A DNA stretch of 64,000 bases from Patescibacteria group bacterium (GTDB lineage Bacteria > Patescibacteriota > Patescibacteriia > UBA9934 > GWF2-40-263): contig SCUM01000001.1 of assembly GCA_004297215.1 (NCBI GenBank), forward strand, positions 143,456-207,455, given 5' to 3'. Made by a program: the position numbers and the translations under genes. Each line of letters starts with the position of its first letter. Positions within the stretch are counted from its first letter, which is position 1. Of the stretch, positions 7,677 through 16,942 are shown piece by piece. Under the pieces are notes generated by a model, which was not told where the DNA came from, did no database searches, and saw only the letters and a program-made list of their open reading frames with translations.

Positions 7677-8615
7677 ATGAACATCGTGAAATTGTTCAAT
7701 CGCCTCGTCGAGTCCTATCTGTTCGTCGTCGTGATAGCCTTAGTGGCCGGGTTGGCATTTTCGGAGCGCATTTCCATCCTCACGGCGTACACGACGGTAT
7801 TCCTGCAAATCATTTTTTTCCTTTCAAGCCTGAAGCTGGATCCGAAGGCGATAGTGAAAGAGGCGAAGGACGTCAAACTCATCCTGCTGGTGAACGCCTT
7901 CAAGCTCCTCATCCTTCCCGCCGTCGTCTATCTTGTCGCGGCGCGCCTGTATCCATCGATGGCCGTTCCCCTGTTGCTGCTTTCCGCGGTGCCCAGCGGG
8001 ATGACGACGCCCCTGCTCGTGGAGGTGGTCGGGGGGAAACAGGGGTTGGCGCTCGTCCTCACCGTCACCAGTTCTTTGATCGCGCCGCTCACGATCCCGT
8101 TGGTCATCGGGCATTTCGCCGGCACGGCCGTGACGGTAAACGCCTTCGAGATGTTCCAGAAGCTCGTGCAGGTCATCGTCATTCCATTCCTGATCGCGCA
8201 GGCGGTGCGCGCGTTCCTCGACCGCCGGCTTTCGGCGACCTATTTCACGTTCAAGCCGATTTCCATCGTCATCCTCGGACTGCTGATTGCCGGCGCGGTG
8301 GCAAAGCAGGCCTCCGTCATCCTGTCGCATGTCGACATGACCATGTTGATCCTGTTGTGCGTCCTTTTCCTTTTCGTCGCCCTGATGCTTTCCATCGGGT
8401 ACGCCATGGCATACTGGCGCGATTGCTCGGATCGGCTGACGGTCGCCGTCAGCACGGCGTTCATGAATTTCTCGCTCGCCATCTTCCTCGCGGACGCGTT
8501 CTTTCCGGACCCGAACGTCTTGCTCGCGTCCGTCCTCGTCATCTTTCCCTGGGCGATGATGCTGTTGCCCTTCAAGCACGTCGTTCACAGGTTCATCTGC
8601 AAGACGCCGGCGTGA
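7677..8615 (+). CDS. Bile acid:sodium symporter (BASS/SBF) family transporter
   Basis: About 9 TM helices, BASS-like size and hydropathy pattern. ATG at 7677, in frame with the track ORF starting at 7641. Confidence 0.6.
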   Translation: MNIVKLFNRLVESYLFVVVIALVAGLAFSERISILTAYTTVFLQIIFFLSSLKLDPKAIVKEAKDVKLILLVNAFKLLILPAVVYLVAARLYPSMAVPLLLLSAVPSGMTTPLLVEVVGGKQGLALVLTVTSSLIAPLTIPLVIGHFAGTAVTVNAFEMFQKLVQVIVIPFLIAQAVRAFLDRRLSATYFTFKPISIVILGLLIAGAVAKQASVILSHVDMTMLILLCVLFLFVALMLSIGYAMAYWRDCSDRLTVAVSTAFMNFSLAIFLADAFFPDPNVLLASVLVIFPWAMMLLPFKHVVHRFICKTPA

Positions 8616-8745
8616 GGACGTTTTCAGGATAGGGAGTAAAGGCGACCTTCGTGCGCACAGATAGCGATTCTAACGTCGTCCACGACGCGGGCAAAATTAA
8701 CATGACCGTCTACGGGCGACCGTGTCGAGTGAGGCAGGAGTCCGA

Positions 8746-9363
8746 TTAGCACCCCATGTCGCCGTCGATGGGGCAGGCCTTGGAGGCGGGGTTGGCCTTG
8801 GGCGTGCCGGGGTCGGGGCCGATGGTGATGTAGTCGGCGGCCTTGGTGAGCTTCCACTCGTGCTCGTGGTTCCAGCCGGTCCAGTCGTGCTTCCATTCGT
8901 TCCAGCCGATGCCCAGGTGCTTCACGAAGATCCCGCGCTCGGCGAGCATCTTGCCCACCTTGCGGCCGGTCATGCAGGGGATGGAGTAGCAGTAGACGAT
9001 GACGTCCTTCTCCTTCGGCAACGCGGCGAAGGCCTCGGTGATGCGATCGACCTCGTCGTAGGCGGAGGTGTCCTTGTCCTTGTACGCGGGGATGCTGACG
9101 GCGCCTGTGACGTGGCCGAGCGCGTATTCTTCGGCGCTGCGCAGGTCCACGAGCACGAACGAGTCGTCGCCCTTGTCCATCATCTTGCGCAGGCCATGCG
9201 GGCTCACGTGCACGGCGGATTCGGTGCGGTAGAAGTCGGCGATCAGCTCCGCGTCGCTCGCGTGGCGCGCGGGGAGCAGGGAAACGATGCCCCAGGCGGA
9301 ACCGGCGCCCGCGGCGGCGCCCAGGAGCACGGAGACGACGATGGTGAGGATGGCCTTGTTCAT
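8746..9363 (-). CDS. Rhodanese-domain (sulfurtransferase-like) protein with N-terminal signal/TM
   Basis: Rhodanese fold signature: LVDLRSAEEYALGHVTGAVSIP ... VIVYCYSIPCMTGRK (active-site Cys loop). Confidence 0.7.
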   Translation of the reverse strand: MNKAILTIVVSVLLGAAAGAGSAWGIVSLLPARHASDAELIADFYRTESAVHVSPHGLRKMMDKGDDSFVLVDLRSAEEYALGHVTGAVSIPAYKDKDTSAYDEVDRITEAFAALPKEKDVIVYCYSIPCMTGRKVGKMLAERGIFVKHLGIGWNEWKHDWTGWNHEHEWKLTKAADYITIGPDPGTPKANPASKACPIDGDMGC

Positions 9364-9495
9364 ACGGGCTTTCGGCGATTAGGCGGCTCCAGCATACGCC
9401 GTGAGCCCAAAAATCGCCACAGGGAGGAGGTCGGGTCGTGGATGTTGAATAGGTGAAGAGGGTGTATACTTAGAAAAATCATTAACCTTTGGCGT

Positions 9496-9765
9496 ATGAC
9501 CGTCTCTCCAAAGCGTCTCGCGCTTACGTTTGGCCTGTTCGCGGGCCTCGTGCACCTCGTCTGGTCCGTGCTCGTGGCCGTGGGCCTCGCACAGGGGCTC
9601 GTGGACTTCCTCTATGCGGCGCACTTCATGTCGCAGATGCCCTCGAAGGTCGACCCGTTCTCGCTTGGGAACGCCGCGCTGCTCGTGATCTTCAGCTCCG
9701 CGGTCGGCTACGCGGCCGGATGGGTGGTCGCGACCATCTGGAACAAGACCGCAAACGCGAAGTGA
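9496..9765 (+). CDS. Small two-TM membrane protein, hypothetical
   Basis: ORF with two hydrophobic helices. No motif. Confidence 0.35.
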   Translation: MTVSPKRLALTFGLFAGLVHLVWSVLVAVGLAQGLVDFLYAAHFMSQMPSKVDPFSLGNAALLVIFSSAVGYAAGWVVATIWNKTANAK

Positions 9766-9851
9766 CGCGGATCGTCGGGCGCGCGCCGTGAGGGCGCGGA
9801 TTTTACGTTTCGACTTCCGCACGGTATCGTTAGGCCTGAATCGATGATGGT

Positions 9852-11081
9852 ATGTACGGATACATCGCCCTAAAGCTCCTGTCGGCCGTGGTCGGCGCGA
9901 TCGCCCTGGTCCTCATCCTGAGGGGGCTGTTGCTCATCCGCAAGCGCTCCGAACCGGGGACGCGCCTGGCCATCGACGCCGGGGTCGCGGGTCTCGCGCT
10001 TGCCGCCGTCGCCTACGTGGTCGCGAGCGTCCCGCTCCCGCTGAATTTCGCCATGCCGCCCACCATGCACGCGATGACCATGGACCGGAAGCCGGCCTCG
10101 CTGCCGATCCCCGCCATCCTCGACTTCTTGTCCCACCGGGACCGATTCGCGAAGGTGGCCGACGTCGGGAGGGATCCCAACGACGTTCCGGCCCCGGTCG
10201 GGGCACGGGCGCCGCAGACGGTGAAGATCGACGTGCGCGCCAAGGAGGTGATCTCCGAGGTCGCGCCCGGGATCTTCTTCAACTACTGGACGTACGGCGG
10301 CCAGGTGCCCGGGCCCATGTACCGCGTGCGCGTGGGCGACACGGTCGAGACGACCCTTGCCAACGACCCGACGAGCCTGCACCCGCACAACATCGACCTC
10401 CATGCCGTGACCGGTCCCGGCGGCGGCGCGTCGGTCACCAACGTGCAGCCCGGGGAGACCAAGGCGTTCCGGTGGCTCGCCAAGCATCCGGGGCTGTACG
10501 AGTACCACTGCGCCATGCCCAACGTGAGCACGCACAATTCCCACGGCCAGTACGGGCTCATCCTCGTGGAACCCGAGGGCGGATTCGCACCGGTCGACAA
10601 GGAGTTTTACCTGATGCAGGGGGAGCTCTACACCATGGGCGGGATCGGGAAGAAGGGGCTCATGGCGTTTGACACGCAGGGGCTCATCGACGGGACGCCC
10701 AGCTACGTCACCTTCAACGGCAAGGTGGAGCAAACCCCGCGCATGAAAGCGCGCGTAGGCGACCGCATCCGCCTGTTCGTGGGCAACGGCGGGGTAAACC
10801 TGGTCTCGTCGTTCCACGTGATCGGGGAGGTGTTCGACACGGTGTATCCCGAAGCGGCGATCGGCGAGGGTTCCGCCGTCTTCAAGAACGTGCAGACCAC
10901 GGCCGTGCTACCCGGAGGCGCCGCGATCGTGGAGTTCACGGTCGACGTCCCTGGGAAATACCTGATGGTCGACCACGCGCTCGCGCGCATGAACAAGGGC
11001 GCCTGGGCCGTGCTCGAGGTGGAGGGCGAGGCGAACCCCGCCGTATTCACCGCCCTGGAACCGGAGACTGCGGCCCAGTAA
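9852..11081 (+). CDS. nirK: Copper-containing nitrite reductase NirK (multicopper oxidase type)
   Basis: HNIDLHAVTGPGGGA and YEYHCAMPNVSTHNSHGQYGLILVEP match NirK type-1/type-2 Cu ligand motifs. N-terminal TM anchor. Confidence 0.85.
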   Translation: MYGYIALKLLSAVVGAIALVLILRGLLLIRKRSEPGTRLAIDAGVAGLALAAVAYVVASVPLPLNFAMPPTMHAMTMDRKPASLPIPAILDFLSHRDRFAKVADVGRDPNDVPAPVGARAPQTVKIDVRAKEVISEVAPGIFFNYWTYGGQVPGPMYRVRVGDTVETTLANDPTSLHPHNIDLHAVTGPGGGASVTNVQPGETKAFRWLAKHPGLYEYHCAMPNVSTHNSHGQYGLILVEPEGGFAPVDKEFYLMQGELYTMGGIGKKGLMAFDTQGLIDGTPSYVTFNGKVEQTPRMKARVGDRIRLFVGNGGVNLVSSFHVIGEVFDTVYPEAAIGEGSAVFKNVQTTAVLPGGAAIVEFTVDVPGKYLMVDHALARMNKGAWAVLEVEGEANPAVFTALEPETAAQ

Positions 11082-11103
11082 GGCATTCGTTAGGAACGGA
11101 AAC

Positions 11104-11133
11104 AAAAAAGCCCCGCCGATGGCGGGGCTTTTC
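11104..11133 (+). terminator. Rho-independent terminator after nirK
   Basis: AAAAAAGCCCCGCC-GAT-GGCGGGGCTTTTCT. Confidence 0.7.
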
Positions 11134-11366
11134 TCCGCTTTACGCGGCGGCTTCCGTGGAAGGGGCCGGGGCGGCCGGAGACTCCTCGGTCGGCTTCTGG
11201 GTCTCGTCGGCGGCCGCGGCGGGCATGTTGGTGTCGTCCATAGGAGTCGTTGTTCGCGGATTAGGTGCTAAATATAGCTTAAAAATCGTACCTTGTCAAT
11301 AGAGATACGATTTGGATGGAGGCTCGTTGCCAAAACAAAAGAAATCCGCTATGCTTCGCCAATTCT

Positions 11367-11741
11367 ATGTATAAACCCCATCACGGCAAGCACGGCGGCG
11401 GATTCGGCGGCGGCAAGAAGTTCGGCGGATCTCCGTCGTGGAAGCGCGGCGGCGCCGACGAACGGGGGTTCGTGCGACCGGACCTGCACGACGCCACCTG
11501 CGGCAAATGCGGCGCGCCCTGCAAGGTGCCGTTCCGACCGAACGGATCCCGGCCCATCTACTGCCGCGACTGCTTCAAGAAGGATGACGCGTCGGAGCCG
11601 AAGCGTTTTGAGAAGCGTCCGTTCGGCGACAAGCCGTACCGCTCCACCCCGCATGCGTCAGGCGGGAACATCGAGGCGCGGCTTAAGGCGATCGAGGACA
11701 AGCTGGATGCTATAATCGAGGCGCTCGAGGACGACATGTAA
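11367..11741 (+). CDS. Gly-rich, basic CxxC...CxxC zinc-ribbon protein, hypothetical. The track ORF begins at 11316; the ATG at 11367 is preferred.
   Basis: GKHGGGFGGGKKFGG low-complexity N-terminus, then ATCGKCGAPCKVPFRPNGSRPIYCRDCF zinc ribbon, and a C-terminal helical tail. Confidence 0.5.
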   Translation: MYKPHHGKHGGGFGGGKKFGGSPSWKRGGADERGFVRPDLHDATCGKCGAPCKVPFRPNGSRPIYCRDCFKKDDASEPKRFEKRPFGDKPYRSTPHASGGNIEARLKAIEDKLDAIIEALEDDM

Positions 11742-11752
11742 GACGCGGAAAC

Positions 11753-13204
11753 ATGGACCACGGAAACGTCATCATCCGGTTCGAAGGGGTGACCTTCGGA
11801 TACGACAAGGAAAAGCCCATCCTCAAGGAGGTGGATTTTTCGGTGCGCGACGCGGCCAAGATCACGGTGATGGGGCAAAACGGGGCGGGGAAGTCCACGA
11901 TCTTCAAGCTGCTCACCGGCGAACTCAAGCCCGACAAGGGACAGATTCACATCACGAACGGGTCAACGATCGCCATCGCCACGCAGGTGATGCCAAAGGA
12001 ATGCCTGGAGATGACCCTGCGCGAGTTCTTTGCCCGCGCCTACGCCGAAAAGAGATATGACCTCGACGGCCGCATCAAGGAGGCGCTCGACGCCGTGAAC
12101 CTCGATGCCGAGTACGACCGGATCGTGAAAAGTTTCTCCGGCGGCCAGCAGGCGCGGCTTCTTCTCGCCTACGCCATCATCCAGGACCCCGACATCCTGC
12201 TGCTCGACGAACCGACGAACAATCTCGACGCGGCCGGGATCGAACACCTCACCGGATTCCTGATGTGCTACCTGAAGACGGTGCTGGTCATTTCCCACGA
12301 CGCGGAGTTCCTCAATTCGTTCACGGAAGGGGTGCTCAACCTCGACGTGCACACGGGGAAGGTGGAGCGCTACGAGGGGAACTACTTCAACGTGGTGGAA
12401 GAGATCGCCGCGCGGGTGGAGCGCGACCGCATGCAGAACGCGCGCATGCTGAAGGAGATCCAGGATCGCAAGGACAAGATCAACTTTTTCAGCCACAAGG
12501 GGGGCAAGATGCGCGCCTTGGCGGCCAAGCTCAAGGAACAGGTGATCGAGGCCGAGGAGAACATGGTGGACGTGCGCCGCGAGGACCGCACGATCCGCGA
12601 TTTCGCCATTCCAACGCAGGACTTCACCGAACCCATGGTGACGATCACTTCCATCCGCGTCATCGAGCGCCACGAGCCGCGCCGAGCGCAGGTGAACGTC
12701 CTGTTGCGCAAGCGCCAACGCCTGCTCGTGAGTGGCCCGAACGGCATCGGCAAGAGCACGTTGCTGCGCAGCCTGGCCGAGGGGACCGACGAAGGAAGCT
12801 CCATCACCGCCGGCGTGAAGGTGGGCTATTACCGCCAGGATTTTTCCGGACTGGACTTCGATTCGACGGTGTACAAGTCGCTTGAGGAGATGATGGACGT
12901 GCCTGACAACGAACGGTTGCGCGAAGTGGCCGCGCAATTCCTGCTCACCGGCGAGCTGCTCCTCAACAAGGTCGGGTCGCTCTCGGAAGGGCAGAAGGGG
13001 CTTTTGAGCTTCGCGCGGTTCGTGCTGCAGCAGCCGGGACTGCTCATCCTCGACGAGCCCACCAATCACATCAACTTCCGCCACCTGCCCGTGATCGCCA
13101 AGGCGCTCGACGCCTTCGACGGCGCCATGATCATGGTGAGCCACGCCCCGGATTTCGTGAGCAAGATCAGCTTCACCGAGACGCTCGACCTGGGAGCCCT
13201 CTAG
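11753..13204 (+). CDS. ABC-F family ATPase (tandem ABC domains, no TM), a translation-factor type
   Basis: Two Walker A motifs (GQNGAGKST, GPNGIGKST), two signature motifs (FSGGQQARL, LSEGQKGLL), two Walker B motifs (LLLDEPTN, LILDEPTN) and an inter-domain linker. Confidence 0.8.
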   Translation: MDHGNVIIRFEGVTFGYDKEKPILKEVDFSVRDAAKITVMGQNGAGKSTIFKLLTGELKPDKGQIHITNGSTIAIATQVMPKECLEMTLREFFARAYAEKRYDLDGRIKEALDAVNLDAEYDRIVKSFSGGQQARLLLAYAIIQDPDILLLDEPTNNLDAAGIEHLTGFLMCYLKTVLVISHDAEFLNSFTEGVLNLDVHTGKVERYEGNYFNVVEEIAARVERDRMQNARMLKEIQDRKDKINFFSHKGGKMRALAAKLKEQVIEAEENMVDVRREDRTIRDFAIPTQDFTEPMVTITSIRVIERHEPRRAQVNVLLRKRQRLLVSGPNGIGKSTLLRSLAEGTDEGSSITAGVKVGYYRQDFSGLDFDSTVYKSLEEMMDVPDNERLREVAAQFLLTGELLLNKVGSLSEGQKGLLSFARFVLQQPGLLILDEPTNHINFRHLPVIAKALDAFDGAMIMVSHAPDFVSKISFTETLDLGAL

Positions 13205-13704
13205 CGGACGCTGACGACCCGGACGATTCCCGACGGCCCTTCGACCTCGTCGCCCGCGACGTGTCCCATGAGCGCGGCCCCTAGCGGCGAGAGGTAGGAA
13301 ATGCGACCCCGAGAGGGGTTGCTTTCTTGTGAGCCGAGGATCTCGTACGTGGAAGCCTTGCCGTTCATCTCGACGTCCACCGTCGTCCCGATGCGCACGC
13401 GGCCGTCGTCCGTGCCGCTTTCGATGGGGATAGCGTGCTTCAGGCGTTCTTGCAGCGAGAGGATGCGCCCGTTCACTCGCCGCAGGTGCGCCTTGGCCGC
13501 CTGGTATCCGGCGTTCTCCGAGAAGTCGCCCATCTCGCCGGCGCGGCGCACTTCCGCGGCGGCCTTCCCGCGCTCGTCCTTGATGAGGCGTTCCAGCTCG
13601 TCCTTGAGACGCGATATGGCCTGCGGGGTGAGGAACCGGTCGGGTTCGCCCTGAAGGGCTTCGCGCTGGGTTTCGGATTTTCGCTTCGGGACGCGCATAG
13701 GCAT
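13201..13704 (-). CDS. greA: Transcription elongation factor GreA
   Basis: N-terminal coiled coil (LTPQAISRLKDELERL..) and C-terminal FKBP-like domain (SPLGAALMGHVAGDEVEG..). The stop overlaps the ABC-F stop convergently by 4 nt. Confidence 0.85.
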   Translation of the reverse strand: MPMRVPKRKSETQREALQGEPDRFLTPQAISRLKDELERLIKDERGKAAAEVRRAGEMGDFSENAGYQAAKAHLRRVNGRILSLQERLKHAIPIESGTDDGRVRIGTTVDVEMNGKASTYEILGSQESNPSRGRISYLSPLGAALMGHVAGDEVEGPSGIVRVVSVR

Positions 13705-13722
13705 TTGCTATACTAACGCCAT

Positions 13723-14178
13723 ATGACATTTGCCACCATCGACAAGCGCGTGATCGGTATTGCCCTTCGGTTCCGGGATTCCGCCGGGTTCCTGGCGCTC
13801 GGCATCGTGTACGCCTGGTTTGGGATCCTCAAGGTGCTAGGAATCTCGCCCACGAGCCCGCTCGTTCTGGCGCTCCTCGACAAGACCATGCCTGGAATCT
13901 CGCCCGACACCTTCATGCTCGCGTTCGGCGCGTTCGAAACGGTCATCGGCCTCCTGTTCCTCTTTCCGGTGGCCGTACGCCTCGTGGTGGCTCTCATGGC
14001 CGCCCACATGGCGATGACCGTGCTCCCGCTCGCGCTTTTGCCAGGCATGACCTGGACCGGACCGTTCGTTCCCACCCTCGAAGGGCAGTATATCCTCAAG
14101 AACCTGGTGCTTCTCGCGTTGGCCCTCACCATGGTGGCCGCCACGCCCCCCTTGGCAGAGGGAAAATCGCGGACTTGA
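13723..14178 (+). CDS. Small 4-TM membrane protein (DoxX/DUF417-like), hypothetical
   Basis: Hydropathy and size only. Confidence 0.35.
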   Translation: MTFATIDKRVIGIALRFRDSAGFLALGIVYAWFGILKVLGISPTSPLVLALLDKTMPGISPDTFMLAFGAFETVIGLLFLFPVAVRLVVALMAAHMAMTVLPLALLPGMTWTGPFVPTLEGQYILKNLVLLALALTMVAATPPLAEGKSRT

Positions 14179-14296
14179 CGGCCCCTAAGGGATGCCGTAG
14201 CATCCAGCTTGCAACGTAACGCTCGGCGGGGAGATCAGTCGAATTTCCGCAAAGAGGCCTGACGTGCGGATAATTCAACCGAACGCAATATCCACT

Positions 14297-14494
14297 ATGT
14301 TGGGTACCATCAAGCGCGTGACGGACAAGGGATTCGGGTTCATCACCCCGGACGGCGAGGAGAAGGACGTCTTCTTCCACATGTCTTCCCTGGTCGACGT
14401 GCAATTCGATGAGCTGCGCGTCGGCGACAAGGTCTCCTTCGAGACCGAGGACTCCGACAAGGGTCCTCGCGCCGTCAACGTGACTCGCGCCTAA
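14297..14494 (+). CDS. Cold-shock protein (CspA family). ATG at 14297, inside the track ORF that starts at 14264.
   Basis: GTIKRVTDKGFGFITPDGEEKDVFFHMSSL...GDKVSFE..GPRAVNV is the classic RNP1/RNP2 CSD. Confidence 0.85.
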   Translation: MLGTIKRVTDKGFGFITPDGEEKDVFFHMSSLVDVQFDELRVGDKVSFETEDSDKGPRAVNVTRA

Positions 14495-14503
14495 CGGCGC
14501 ACG

Positions 14504-14530
14504 AAAACCGCCCCGCACGGGGCGGTTTTC
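14504..14530. terminator. Bidirectional rho-independent terminator between csp (+) and the lipoprotein gene (-)
   Basis: AAAACCGCCCC-GCAC-GGGGCGGTTTTC. Confidence 0.7.
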
Positions 14531-14538
14531 TGTTCTCT

Positions 14539-14997
14539 CTAATCCTGCGGGGCCCAGATCACGAGGATCGACGTGAGACCCTCGTCGCCCGGGGACGCGG
14601 TCACCGAGAGGGCAGCGTCGCCCTTCTCGTAGGCGCGCATGTCGGATCCGTTCACGGCGAAATTCCCGGACTTCTCCCAGCCGTCGCCGACGAGCTCCTG
14701 CTCGTACCAGCCGGATGCGGCCGCTACGGCGTCGGGCGTGGTAAGCATGAGCGAGGCGCCCTGCCGGCCTTCCTGGGCGGAGGTCATGGCGGTCACGACC
14801 GTGGCGCCCGGATACATGGGGATGTCGGCGGGGAAATCGGCCGGGATGCTCACGCCGTTGCCAACCTGCACTCGGGTCCCGGCGCCGTCGTCGTAGGTGG
14901 TGGTCCCGGTGAGCGGGTTGGTGGCCGTGCTCGCTCCACAGCCGGCGCCAACGAGGATGAGGGCGGCGAGCGGGAGCGTCGCGACGAGGCGTTTCAT
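14539..14997 (-). CDS. Lipoprotein, hypothetical
   Basis: Signal peptide plus lipobox LVGAGC. No other motif. Confidence 0.5.
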   Translation of the reverse strand: MKRLVATLPLAALILVGAGCGASTATNPLTGTTTYDDGAGTRVQVGNGVSIPADFPADIPMYPGATVVTAMTSAQEGRQGASLMLTTPDAVAAASGWYEQELVGDGWEKSGNFAVNGSDMRAYEKGDAALSVTASPGDEGLTSILVIWAPQD

Positions 14998-15081
14998 ACG
15001 TGGGAAGCGTTATGGATCGGATGCGGACATGGTAACGTATTCCTTGACGCGCGCAAGCAACCGTGGTAGCGATAAGGGACT

Positions 15082-15555
15082 ATGAACATGCAAAAGGACC
15101 GTCTGTTCTACGCGATCATCGGCCTGTTGACCGCCCTTGGCGCCTTCTACGGCTTCTCCGCGTCCCCGGAGGCGGAAACGGCGAAGGATGCCTCCCCGGA
15201 AGCGGTGCCGGCCGTCATCACGGCGCCGGCCGAGCCTGTCGCCGAGCCCGAGAAGGCCGTGGCGAAGCCCCCGGCCGCGCCCGCGACGCTCACCTATGAG
15301 CGCGCGCTTGAGCTGTATGGGAAGTACCGCATCCAGTTCGTGAGCTGCCACGGCAATCCCGGACAGATGACGCTCGGCAAGGGCGCCAAGCTCATGCTCG
15401 ACAACCGCGACAAGAAGGCGCACACGGTGAAGGTGGGATCCGTCTCGTATCGGCTCGCCTCCATGGGGTTCGCCATCGCCACGGTCCGCGAGGTCGGGAC
15501 GCTCAACGTCACCTGCGACGGCGGCGGGGCCGCGACGGTCGAGGTCCAGCCGTGA
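15082..15555 (+). CDS. Secreted/anchored hypothetical protein with a Pro/Ala-rich linker
   Basis: N-terminal TM/signal, PEAETAKDASPEAVPAV...PAAPA linker, globular C-terminus. Confidence 0.45.
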   Translation: MNMQKDRLFYAIIGLLTALGAFYGFSASPEAETAKDASPEAVPAVITAPAEPVAEPEKAVAKPPAAPATLTYERALELYGKYRIQFVSCHGNPGQMTLGKGAKLMLDNRDKKAHTVKVGSVSYRLASMGFAIATVREVGTLNVTCDGGGAATVEVQP

Positions 15556-15621
15556 GTGAAGGACCAAGGTCAGAAGGTTTTGAAAGGACCAAAGGAAACG
15601 TGAAAGGTCGAAGGATGAAGG

Positions 15622-16044
15622 ATGAAGGTTTCAGCCTTGGTTCTTTTGAGCGTTCCGTTTACACTTCCCCTCATGTCCGTCTCCCCATACGCCCCCCAGG
15701 GTCTCGAGCGGTTCAAGCACCGCGCCAGGCACCTCGTCACGTCGCGGCTTTCGCATTTCAACCGGTTCTACGGGTTTGCCTGGAAGCGCGTGTCCATCCG
15801 CGACCAGAAGAGCCGCTGGGGGAGTTGCTCCAGCAGCGGGACGCTTTCGTTCAATTGGCGGCTCGCCGTGCTGCCCGAGCCGCTCGCCGATTACGTGATC
15901 GTGCACGAGCTGTGCCACCTCAAGCACCTCGACCACTCCTGCGCCTTCTGGGACCTCGTCGCCCGCGCCATTCCGGACCATCATCATCACCGCCGTGCCC
16001 TCCGGCTCATCGAACGGCAATTCCAGTATGAGCAGGCTCCCTAA
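15622..16044 (+). CDS. YgjP/DUF45-like (M48-related) zinc metallohydrolase, N-terminally short
   Basis: WGSCSSSGTLSFNWRL...YVIVHELCHLKHLDHSCAFWDLV matches DUF45 (HExxH). In-frame stops lie just upstream, so the protein is shorter than the E. coli homolog. Confidence 0.5.
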   Translation: MKVSALVLLSVPFTLPLMSVSPYAPQGLERFKHRARHLVTSRLSHFNRFYGFAWKRVSIRDQKSRWGSCSSSGTLSFNWRLAVLPEPLADYVIVHELCHLKHLDHSCAFWDLVARAIPDHHHHRRALRLIERQFQYEQAP

Positions 16045-16930
16045 GCCGTTCATCGACCGTCTCGAAGCGCAGTTCGGCAAGCCTGCCACCGACGGGATCC
16101 TCGCCGCGTTCAAGGACCCGCGTCGCCCCACCTTCCGCGCGAACGCGCTGAAGATCGCCGACGACGAGCTGATGCGCCTCCTGCGCGAGGACGGCATCCA
16201 GTTCGAGCGCGTCAAGGACGTGCCGCACGCGTTCGCCGCCAAGAACCGGACCAGCCCCGAGCTGCTCGAGAGCTACCTGGCCGAGCAGGGGAAGATCTAC
16301 CTCCAGGGCATTGCCTCGATGATGCCGGCGCTCGTGCTCGATCCCAAGCCGGGGGAAACGGTGCTCGACCTGTGCGCCGCGCCCGGGAGCAAGGCCACGC
16401 AGATGGCCGCGATGATGGAGGGAAGGGGACGGCTGGTGGCCGTCGAAGAGGATCCAGTGCGGTTCCAAAAGCTGCAGAACACCGTCTGGATACAGGGCGC
16501 GAAGTCCGTGGAAGCGCGCCATGCGGATTCCACCCTGCTCTATCACGAGGAGCCACAGACGTACGACAAGGCGCTCGCCGACGTCCCGTGCTCGGCCGAG
16601 GGGCGCATCACCCTGCGCGACGCGCGAAGCTACTCATTCTGGTCGCAGAAGAACATCACGATCCATGCCAAGCTCCAGCGCCGCCTGCTGCGCTCCGCCG
16701 CGCGTTGCCTTAAACCGGGCGGCACCCTCGTCTATTCCACCTGTACGCTCGCGCCGGAGGAGAACGAGGAACAGGTCGCGTGGTTCCGAACGGAGTTCCC
16801 CGAGTTCGCGCCCGTGGATTTCGACCTTCCCTTGTCTGCGGTGCGCCGCCCCGGCAAGGGGATGGCCGTCGTGTTGCCCACGAAGGAGCACGAGGGATTT
16901 TTCGTCGCCAAGCTCCGCAAGGCCGCGTAG
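16028..16930 (+). CDS. RsmB/RsmF (Nop2/Sun) family rRNA cytosine-C5 methyltransferase
   Basis: SAM motif VLDLCAAPGSKATQ and catalytic DVPCSAEG. ATG at 16028, inside the track ORF that starts at 15995. Confidence 0.8.
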   Translation: MSRLPKPFIDRLEAQFGKPATDGILAAFKDPRRPTFRANALKIADDELMRLLREDGIQFERVKDVPHAFAAKNRTSPELLESYLAEQGKIYLQGIASMMPALVLDPKPGETVLDLCAAPGSKATQMAAMMEGRGRLVAVEEDPVRFQKLQNTVWIQGAKSVEARHADSTLLYHEEPQTYDKALADVPCSAEGRITLRDARSYSFWSQKNITIHAKLQRRLLRSAARCLKPGGTLVYSTCTLAPEENEEQVAWFRTEFPEFAPVDFDLPLSAVRRPGKGMAVVLPTKEHEGFFVAKLRKAA

Positions 16931-16942
16931 ACTGCCTCTCGT

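Noticed and set aside
11140-11242. 33-aa acidic minus-strand mini-ORF downstream of nirK
   Set aside because: No SD, low complexity (A/P/E), overlaps the terminator region. Probably non-coding.
11963-13729. 588-aa ORF on the minus strand spanning ABC-F and greA
   Set aside because: Antisense to two well-supported genes. Arg/Gly/Pro-rich translation typical of a spurious high-GC antisense frame.
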